Shown in pieces: positions 39,950-49,639 of a stretch of 64,000 nt of DNA. Under the pieces are notes generated by a model, which saw nothing but the letters and a program-made list of their open reading frames with translations, was not told where the DNA came from and made no database searches. A program made the translations under genes and the position numbers. Source of the stretch: Mobula birostris (taxonomy: Eukaryota). The DNA is taken from the NCBI RefSeq assembly GCF_030028105.1, contig NC_092379.1:21801309-21865308 (forward strand). Direction: 5' to 3'. Position 1 is the first letter of the stretch. Each line of letters opens with the position of its first letter.

Positions 39950-41280
39950 TAGTGGTGGGTGTCTAATGGTCTCTGCTTCTGAAATTCAACTGAACAGACT
40001 ACCATCAGACCATAAGACTGTAAGACATAGGAGCAGAATTAGGCCATTCAGCCCATCGAGTCTTTTCCGACATTCCATCATGGCTGATTGGATCCCACTG
40101 AACCCCTACACCTGCCTTCTCACCGTATCCTGGGATACCCTGACAGACCAGGAAACGGTCAAATTCCACCTTAAATACACACATAGACCTGGCTTCCACC
40201 ACAGTCTGTGGCAGAGCATTCCACAGACTGCTCTGACTAAAAAAGTTCCTCGTTACTTCCATTCTTAGGGGTCACCCCTCAATTTTGAGGCTGTGCTCTC
40301 CAGTTGTGGATGCCCCCATCATATAGAAAACATAGAAAATAGATGCAGGAGTAGGCCATTCGGCCCTTCAAGCCTGCACCGCCATTCAGTATGATCATGG
40401 CTGATCATCCAACTCAGAACCCTATACCAGCATTCTCTCCATACCCCCTGATTCCTTTAGCCACAAGGGCCATATCTAACTCCCTCTTAAATATAGCCAA
40501 TGAACTGGCCTCAACTGTTTCCTGTGGCAGAGAATTCCACAGATTCACCACTCTCTGTGTGAAGAAGTTTTTCTTAATTTCGATCCCAAAAGGCTTCCCC
40601 TTTATCCTCAAACTGTGACCCCTCGTTCTGGACATCCCCAACATCGGGAACAATCTTCCTGCATCTAGCCTGTCCAATCCCTTTAGGATTTTATACGTTT
40701 CAATTAGTTCTCCCTCAATCTTCTAAATTCCAATGAGTATAAGCCTAGTCAATCCAGTCTTTCATCATATGAAAGTCCTGCCATCCCAGGAATCAATGCG
40801 GTGAACCTTCTTTGTACTCCCTCTATGGCAAGGATGTCTTTCCTCAGATTGGGGGACCATGAAACATCCTCTCCACATCCACCCGATCCAGTCCTTGCAA
40901 CATTCGGTAGGTTTCTATGAGATTCCACTACATACTTCTAAATTCCAGTGAGTACAGGCTCAAAGCTGCCAAATGCTGCTCATATGTTAACCCCTTCATT
41001 TCCAGAATGATCCTCGTGAACTCCTCTGGAATCTGTCCAATAACAACACATCCTTTCTGAGATATGGGGCCCAAAACACTTGACAATACTCTAAGTGTGG
41101 TTGACTAGCGTCTTATAAAGACTCAGCATTATTTCCTTGCTTTTACATTCTATTCTCCTTGAAACAGATGCCAACATTGCATTTGCTTTCTTTACCACAG
41201 GCTCAACCTGTAAATTAACCTCTGGTAGTTTTGCATGAGGACTCCAAAGTCCCTCTGCACCTCTGATGTACCCTCTGCAC
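39950..41280 (-). mobile_element. Nested CR1 3' fragments in the J-C intron
   Basis: Two CR1 3' tails (ggccattcagccc) and RT C-terminal text (FFTQRVVNLWNSLP). Confidence 0.8.
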
Positions 41281-41859
41281 TACATAATGCATCTGACACT
41301 GCCTCAAAATTAAACACATGTAACTGAGGAAGAATTTCAACCACACCGAGCCTGTGGAACTTACAAGCCAAACACCTTCCTGACACACCAGGCCAGGAAT
41401 CGCAGTCAGAGGAATAGTGACTGTGATCCTTTGACAAGTCTAGTCTGTGAGGGACTCATTGAGGTGGAATCCACAGTTTAATCCTGGGAACTCCAGCAAG
41501 GCCACGTGTCATGTGGTGGAGTGTGGTGACAGTTCTGGTGGCATCTGTCACTCAGTAAATCCCGGGGTACAGTGGTCTGTGGAACTGTGAGACTGACTCC
41601 AGTGTAAGTGAATGAACACTGATAAATGGTTCACTTTGGAAATGCCAGCTACAGCCAGCACCATTCAAACCACAGAATCGTCAGCTTCCCTCGTACTCAG
41701 CAGCTGGGGAAAGGGATGGTCAGCTGTGGTCTGAGGAACCTCACTGCTGTTTATCAGCATCAACCCCTGACAACAAGGGAGTTACGGGACCAAAGGCCTG
41801 GGGCCATCAGGATGATCATCAGTAATCTGCATCTATCTGTTCATCTACTGCACAGTCAG

Positions 41860-42605
41860 TAACTTTAAATTCCTGGGTGTCACTATCTCAGAGGACCTGT
41901 CCTGGACCCAGCTTATAAATGTAATTGCAGAGGAAACAGGACAGTGCCTCTACTTCCTCAGGAGTCTGCGGAGATTCAGCATGATGTCAAAAACCTTGAT
42001 AAACTACTATAGATGTGTAGTGGAAAGTGTATTGACTGGCTGCATTACAGCCTGGTATGGGAACACCAATGCCTTTGATTGGAAAATTCTACAAGAGATC
42101 ATGGATTCAGCTCAGTACATAATGGGTAAAGCCCTCCCAACCACTGAGCACATCTACATGAAACGCTGTCATAAGAAAGCAGCATCTATCATTAAAGATT
42201 CTCACCACCCAGGCCAGGCTCTTTTCTCGCTGCTGCCATCAGGGCAGAAGGAACAAGAGCCTCAGGACTCACACCACCAGGTTCAAGAACAGTTACTACT
42301 CCTCAACCATCAGGCTCCTGAACAAAAGAAGATATTTACGCTCATCTATTGAGACATTCCCATAAACAATAATCTCACTTTAAAGACACTTTATCTTGTT
42401 ATTTCATGCTCTTATTATTTATTGCAGTTCATTTAGGGTTACATTTCAACAGTTTATTGTCTTCTATGCTCGTGCTGTTTCATTGATCCTGTTTACAGTT
42501 ACGATTCTATAGATTTGCTGAGTATGCCCACAAGAAAATGAATCTGAGGGTTGTATGTGATGACATGTATGTATTCCGATAATAAATTTTACTTTGAACT
42601 TTGAG
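41860..42605 (+). mobile_element. Rex1/Babar-L2-like LINE 3' end
   Basis: YYRCVVESVLTGCITAWYGN C-terminal domain; tail ending tttgaactttga. Confidence 0.8.
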
Positions 42606-43135
42606 ACATCAAGTGAGGATTTCCCAGTGGTGGGGAGCTTTAGGAATTGTTGGCTAAAAGTGACCATTCCCTTCCAACATCACCCAGACTAGATTGTCAT
42701 GTTGTAGTTCAGTTTGTGGGAACAAGATGCAGACAAGTTGGATGTTTAGTCACCCAAATGAAGTGACACACTGCAGAAGTACTTGCTGGGTTGGGAAAGG
42801 CTCTGGGATGTTCTGGGGTTGCAGAAGTCAATGAAAAACAAATTGTTTTCATCAAAATAAATTCAGTAAAATAAAACTGGAAACAGCATAGTTGCCAGAA
42901 ATCAGAGTGACAGAGTCTGGTGAAAGGTCACTGATGTGAAACATTAACTCTGTTTCTCACCCACAGATGTTCCCTGAGCTGCTCAGTGTCGGCAGTGCAG
43001 GAGGCACAATAATGTCAGTCGGTGAGATTTGCAGCTGAGGATCTTTTACATCCCGAGACCAGCAGGTGGTAAGTACAGTTCTGTCTGGATCAGTGTTCCT
43101 CTGGGTCTTCATAAAGACACCCATCAAACTGACAG

Positions 43136-43620
43136 CAGGGTGCTGGGGTGAAGAGGGGAACTGGATCTGGGTAGGTCACAGGGTGCTGGGGCGAAGAGGG
43201 GAACTGGATCTGGGTGGGTCACAGGGTGCTGGGGTGAAGAGGGGAACTGGATCTGGGTGGGTCACAGGGTGCTGGAGTGAAGAGGGGAACTGGATCTGGG
43301 TGGGTCACAGGGTGCTGGGGCAAAGAGGGGAACTGGATCTGGGTGGGTCACAGGGTACTGGTGTAAAGAGGGGAACTGGATCTGGGTGGGTCACAGGGTG
43401 CTGGAGTGAAGAGGGGAACTGGATCTGGGTGGGTCACAGGGTGCTGGGGTGAAGAGGGGAACTGGATCTGGGTGGGTCACAGGGTGCTGGGGTGAAGAGG
43501 GGAACTGGATCTGGGTGGGTCACAGGGTGCTGGGGTGAAGAGGGGAACTGGATCTGGGTGGGTCACAGGGTGCTGGGGTGAAGAGGGGAACTGGATCTGG
43601 GTGGGTCACAGTGTGCTGGG
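43136..43620. repeat. 43-bp G-rich tandem array, 11 full units plus a partial
   Basis: Unit cagggtgctggggtgaagaggggaactggatctgggtgggtca, near-identical copies, in the J-CH1 intron. Confidence 0.95.
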
Positions 43621-44639
43621 TATTTGTACAATATAATCAATGATGAATCAGCAGATCTGGGGAGACTCGTTCTGATTTTAGTCTGTATTGTAGTAAGTGG
43701 ATAGAACATCAGGTACTATGAACAACTGGTGGGCAATTTTATTTATTCATTTTTAGGGATCTGGGCTTTGCCAGTAAATTCCAAATGAGTTACACATCTG
43801 AGCTGCCATTCAGAGGGCATTTGGAGACAAACACATTGATGGGTCAGGAGTCATAAATAGGCTCGGAGGGTAAGGATGAGACATCTCCTTCCCTGACAGA
43901 CATGAGTAAAGCTGAAGGATCATCATTATTAATGGCTGGATTTAAAAACAATACCAATTATTAAACTGTTGGAAATCTGACCGCAGATCCAAATCTGCTG
44001 CAGATTATTATGAACTGAGTTTAAATTTGTCAGATTGTTGTGGTGGTATCCGTGGACTGTTCATCCATCCCTCTGCACTACTCATCTGCTTTGATGTACT
44101 GCCCCGTTTCCCATCACTCCGAATCCAACCTTGTGCCTGTCCATTGGATCACTGTGTCCACGGTGTCCTGGACAATATTTCTCCTTCAATAACATCACCA
44201 GAACAGACTGTCTGATGGTTCTCACCTTGCAGTTTGTGGATTCTGCTGTGTGCAGAGTGGCTCTACATTCCCGACTCTACAACAGGGCTGTACTTTGAAA
44301 CTACTTTGTTGCCTGTGAAGAGCTCGGGGGCACCATGAAAGGTGCTCTGTAAATGTCAGCACTTTATCTCACAACCACTTTTACTGAATCACCAGCAGCA
44401 CTGGTTAATGGAGGTTAAACAAACCCAGTCGGGGGATGGAGGAGGGCAAGAAATTAGCGCAGTTGCTCTGTCTGTGAACTGAGAATAAGCAGTTCATTTG
44501 AACAGTAAAGTTCAACTCGTGTCCTGTGAGTGTGTGATGGGACAGGTTGGGGGAAGTTTCACACTGTGTCTAATCTCTGCTGCCCCTGTCCTGGAGGGAT
44601 GGGACAGTGCAGAAAGATCTTTGTATCTAATCCGTGGCT

Positions 44640-45030
44640 GCCTGGAATAGGTTGAGTGAATTTGACGTTTTCTCTTCAGAGCTTCGTAGGATGAGAGGTG
44701 ACTTGATAGAGGTGTATAAGATGATGAGAGGCATTGATCATATGGATATCGAGAGGCTTTTTCCCAGGTCTGAAATGGTTAACATGAGAGGGCACAGTTT
44801 TAACGTGCTTGGAAGTAGGTACAGAGGAGATGTCAGGGGTAAGCTTTTTTCGTAGAGAGTGGTGGGTGCATGGAATGGACTGCCAGCAATGGTGGTGGAG
44901 GTAGATATGATAGGGTCTTTTAAGAGACTCCTGGATAGGTACATGGAGCTTAGAAAAACAGAGTGTAACCCTAGGTATTTTCTAAATTACGTACATGTTT
45001 GACACATCATTGTGTGCTGTAGGTTTTTCT
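44640..45030 (+). mobile_element. CR1 3' fragment
   Basis: RRMRGDLIEVYKMMRGID...RGKLF and typical 3' UTR. Confidence 0.8.
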
Positions 45031-46202
45031 AGGACATGGGAGCTGTAATCTGCATTTAATTCATGCTCTGTGTACCCTGAGGTGATTGATGGAATCCCTT
45101 TGAGGAAGAATTTCCCAGATTTACAAGATAAATACTGATTCCATTGAATGACAGAGCAGAGAGTGAGGCCATTCATACTATTGTTTCCGTGCTTCCCTTT
45201 AGCTGAGCAAACCCAATAAACCCATTGGTCTTTCTGCTCTTCCCTGTATCCCAACAAAAGGCGGATCTCCTCCTTTTCCCTCTCTACACTCACAATTAGC
45301 CACCACCATCATTCAGGCAGTGTGTTCCAGATCACAAGTCTTCCCTTAAATACTCCCCTATTACACATTATTGACTTGAACGCTTCCCTCCCCACCCCAC
45401 CTGCACCACTCCCCACTCCCCCACCCACCAATGCAAGGCTGCCCGGAATGTGTGAAGGAATTGTGACTTCAATTCCCGGCCATACCTTTCCTGCACGACT
45501 TCCCCACTGCCTTCCCAACTCCAAAATTCTTCCCACCGCACCCCACCTCCTCACCCATCAGGGAATAAAAGTAAAACGTTAATCCCATCAATTAATTCTG
45601 GGATATTGCCGATACTTTTGCTGTATCGCGGGACGGACCTCACGCCGGACATTACATGATGGGACTGACACCCACCTGTACCCTGGGGATATTGAGCCAT
45701 CAACCAGATGATACATGTGTACACCATTCCCTCAGATTATGTCTTAATCCCATTACCTTCAACATGAAAGCAGCTGACAGTAAAACCCGATCCCAATAAC
45801 TGGACACTGAACAGATCCATTATTGTCACTGACAGGGAACAAGTTCAACTGCACTGAAACGCTCAGCCCCTGAACGTGGCTTCAGTCGGTGCTGAGGATC
45901 AGAAGCCAGACTTGAACCAAACATTGAGCTCACTCAGCACAATCGGCCGGTGTCAAGGCACAGTCTGGTGACAAGATCCGACCCCATTCCCCTGAGCCTG
46001 TTCCCGGTCTGTGGACAGGTCACTGGTGGGTGGGGTATGTACCCTTGTACTGTTACTGGGCTCCAGAGAAACCCGCCGGTTCGGGGAGATTCATGTACTG
46101 CTCTAAATATCGCACTGATTTCAGATGAATCGACAGATTCACCAAACCCGTAAATAAATAAAATACTAGCGCGTGAAGATACGATTGAGAAGTTGGTCTT
46201 AC

Positions 46203-46250
46203 CTGAAGTCACTGTCAGCGGGGTTCCTCCGCCCCAGTAGTCAAGATTGT
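46203..46250 (-). CDS. JH segment (NLDYWGGGTPLTVTS)
   Basis: WGxGT motif, RSS upstream, phase-1 donor TCAG|GTAAG. Confidence 0.95.
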
Positions 46251-46289
46251 CACAGTGCTCCGTCTCCCCATTCACCGAGTGCAGTAACT
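46251..46289 (-). other. 23-RSS of the JH segment
   Basis: Heptamer CACTGTG abutting J, 23-nt spacer, degenerate nonamer (plus strand gcagtaact). Confidence 0.82.
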
Positions 46290-46624
46290 TCACTTGCCCG
46301 TCACATCCAATAATCTCAGCAAAATGTCAACATGATCCCTGTCCGGACCGGGAGCAGCCGCTTCCTGGATTTCCATCCCAAACTTCGTCCTTGTTTCTTC
46401 CTGGCGTGTGAATAAAAGAGGCATTTTCACAGTTTTCTTGTCTGCGGACAACGGCTCTCGCCATTCCCCAGAATCAGAGTCGAATCATTTTGGGCTTTTA
46501 ATTGTCCAGAAATGGACATTTGCGCCCAGCAGTCCGAGTGAGGCTTCATGGATTTGACTCTGGGAAGCAGCAATGCGGAATCCGTGGAGACAGACTGCGC
46601 TGCAGACGCTCCTTTGTCGGGACC

Positions 46625-46691
46625 AGTTTCTGTTCAGCTCGCCATCACCGTGCACAGTGTGAGAGATGGCGGCTCCCTCCATACACAAACC
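46625..46691. other. Precise RSS signal joint: 12-RSS fused heptamer-to-heptamer with 23-RSS
   Basis: Plus strand: agtttctgt-12-caccgtg|cacagtg-23-acacaaacc; no bases between heptamers; creates GTGCAC (ApaLI) at 46650-46655. Confidence 0.92.
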
Positions 46692-47026
46692 CACCGCAAC
46701 AAAACTCTTTAAATCGGGCTCTTCGGGCGCTTCCACCGGCCCTTACCCCGGGATCCGTGGATATAAATCAGATCCCGAGTGGATAATCCGGGAGTGGGTA
46801 CAAGTTCCACTGGAGATGTGTCCGGAAGGGAACGAGACCACCGAGGAGGAGCTGTCAGGGGAAGCCCAGTGAAAGGTCCCGGTGGGTTATATCATCTCCA
46901 CTTCAGCACTGGGATGGCCGAGATTGAGACCCGCTGTGTGGGACACCCGGACACAGAGGGAGAGTTTAATAAATCCGCTGACCGGCTCTGGGATCCACTG
47001 GATTTTGGGTTGGATGTGATGAGGGC

Positions 47027-47054
47027 GGTTTGTGACCTGTGGTGAAGCACCGTG
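47027..47054 (-). other. 12-RSS following the V-D fusion (CACGGTG-12-TCACAAACC)
   Basis: Heptamer 47048-47054, 12-nt spacer, nonamer 47027-47035; points toward J. Confidence 0.9.
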
Positions 47055-47376
47055 ACGAAACTGCCACCCAGTATAGCTCTCGCACAGTAATAGGTGGCCG
47101 TGTCGTCCAGTCTCAGGTTGTTCATTTGCAGATAAAAGTTGCTGCTGCTCTTGGAAGCGGTGAAGCGGCTCTGGACTCCAGGCGCGTAGTACTTGGTGTT
47201 ACTTTCATCATAGCACGTTACCAGCCACTCCAGCCCTTGCCCGGGGACCTGCTTCACCCAGCTCATCCAGTAGCTGTTGACATTGAACCCACTGACCGCA
47301 CAGGACAGTCTGTGGGACTGCCCGGGCTTTACCACCGCTGACTCGGGCTGTGTCAGCACGATGTCGGACCGCACAC
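47055..47376 (-). CDS. IgW VH exon already fused to D-derived sequence (DIVLTQPES...[12 protein letters not shown])
   Basis: Acceptor ttattgacag|GT; canonical Cys, WVKQ and YYCAR; 23 nt of extra in-frame sequence after CAR codons, then a 12-RSS instead of the V 23-RSS. Confidence 0.95.
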
Positions 47377-47485
47377 CTGTCAATAAAAAAGAGCAGAAAT
47401 TAATAAAATGTTCCACGGTCAGAGGTTCACAAAGCCTCCGAGAAACAGCCGGTCCCGGTTGGGCGACAAGCCGCGGGACACCCAC

Positions 47486-47531
47486 CTGCCAGACAAGACA
47501 GGAGGAGACAGAGATAAGGAACGACCCCCAT
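47486..47531 (-). CDS. IgW heavy-chain leader exon ([16 protein letters not shown])
   Basis: ATG at 47531, hydrophobic signal peptide, phase-1 donor G|GTGGGT; splices in frame to the V exon. Confidence 0.93.
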
Positions 47532-47619
47532 CGCCCTGAACACTGAGCCGGACTTGGACACTTTTGAGATCGGAGACTGCAGCTCAGGCCGGCTTTGTCC
47601 GGAGCCGCAGTGAGCGCTG

Positions 47620-47627
47620 TTTAAATA
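47620..47627 (-). promoter_or_regulatory. TATA-like box of the VH promoter (TATTTAAA)
   Basis: About 90 nt upstream of the leader ATG on the coding strand; no ATGCAAAT octamer seen nearby. Confidence 0.6.
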
Positions 47628-49639
47628 GGGACGTGGGCTGTGAGTGAGAGAGGGATCCACGGTTTGAACAGCCTCTCACACACTGAAACCAGAGGCGCAG
47701 CTTCCTGTCCCCACCCACAGCAGCGATTTCAATTCCCCTAAAGGTGTTTGTCTCTGCAACAGGCGGCAGGTCAGCGGCCGTGACCAGATCCGGATTAAAG
47801 ATCTGTCACACTCTGCTCGATCCATCAATTTCAGCGATGAACAGTTTGTGTAAACTGAGACACACAGAATCTCAGCGAGAGAGAATGAGACACAATTTGT
47901 CAGTGGGCAGATATGACCGAGAGACACCAGTCAGTGGACAGAAATCCCACCCCACCCCCCCAGTGACAGGGACTGAGAAACACTGGTCAGTGGACAGGGA
48001 CGGAGAGACACCAGTCAGTGGACAGTTATTCTCCTTAGAGACACAGTGTGAGACTGTCTTTGCAGGAAAATGTATTTAGCAACAAAAAGAGTTACCACAC
48101 AATCTTCTTACTGCACCCACTCCACTAGAATCAATGTTAAACGGAGATTCCTGGTGGAAATGGGTGGAATTTACACTTTTAAGATATTTTCTCTTTCAGG
48201 GACCAGGCACCATGAACTGCCAAGTCCTCAGCAGTTCTCCCCACAAAATCTCTTTGACCTGTTTCAGCCGGTGAGAGAAACAGGGTGTTTGATGCAGGGA
48301 ACTCGGGAGCTGAAGCCACTCAACAGAAGTCATTGTTGCTGGTAACAGGGTGCTCCCCAGTAGATTGGCAGACAAGTGCAGCTGAACGGTCCGTATTGAA
48401 AGGAGACTGATGGGGGGGTGGTGGTGGGGAGGGCATACAGGATGCAGATCAGCAAGGTGGGTAATTTTGATCACCCACCCTGGTGATGGGAATACTGTGT
48501 GTCCCAAATTTTGCATCCTGGGTAAAGTATAAAGCGGGCTGATTGAATGACTCAGTAAGCCACAGCACCCCTCTCTCCAGGTGAATTGTCATCACTCAGC
48601 AGCTTTCATGACGCCATGGCAAACCAGAGCGGGTTCTGCAAACAATGAAGTACCTTTTGAAGTGGAGTCTCTGTTGTGACGGAGGGAAGGTGGGACCCAA
48701 GTTACACAGAGCAACCTCTCTGAAACAGCAATGAAGTACCAACAGATCAGATATTCTGTGATGCTGACTGAGGCATCAATGTTGGGACAGATAGTGGAGA
48801 ACTTTCCAAACCTTTTATGTCCACCTGACACAACAACCTCACCATGGCACCAATCAAAATGGTGAATCTTTTTTTTTTCTCCAAGAGGACCACAGCCTTG
48901 CTCTCAGGTTTGGAGGCTTGAAAGCCTCAGTGATCCAGAGATCTATGTTGGCCTGAGTCAGGGCCTTGTGCTTTAGCTCCAGATAGGGTCAACCATGCCA
49001 AACAGGTCAAAAGGTAGAGGCCAGACTAAAAGAGATCCAGGTTCAGAGTTTCAGGTCAGGGTTAGTGAACCTGACTAGTCAAAATAAAAAATTGTGATTG
49101 TTACGAGATGCTCCCAACCACGCCAGCTTCCGGGATTCAGACTGTCTAACTCTCTGGAGTACAGATAGCTAGTTGCAGTCCCTTTACGAGTTCAGGATGA
49201 TCCCACTAATTGGAAATCATAACTTGGGTCCAAAGAATTGTATATTTAAAGAATATCTGAACTGATGTTGGGTGCTCAATCATAAGCCCTACTCATGATA
49301 TCGTTTAGCATTTGTTTTGTGCTCAGTTTTCGATCCAGTTTGATACAGTGTCTTGATCTTTACTTCAGATACTCCAGCAAACCAACCTTGTCAACGACTG
49401 TCTTCACAGTTACGGAAACGGCAATGAAGAATCCTTCTACATCTGAATGTGATGGTATTCACTAGTCACCACCCAGGACTTGCATGGCTGACAGGAGTGA
49501 AAACTGAGAGGAAGCTACAGGCATGGTGAAGGTAGCCATGAACTTTGCCAATATCATGACCAAAAATGTTTTTTGCAATTGTCAAACCATGTACAACACT
49601 GGCAAGTTCACACAAACAACCACAGTAATGTGTCATTAC

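Noticed and set aside
43066-43452. Repetitive 128-aa ORF, and array resembling a CRISPR or RSS array
   Set aside because: Translation of the 43-bp minisatellite; no unique spacers; CACAGGG heptamer-like motifs have no nonamer at 12 or 23 nt.
46892-47485. 197-aa ORF read as one continuous protein
   Set aside because: It runs through the leader-V intron and past the RSS; only 47055-47376 is exon.
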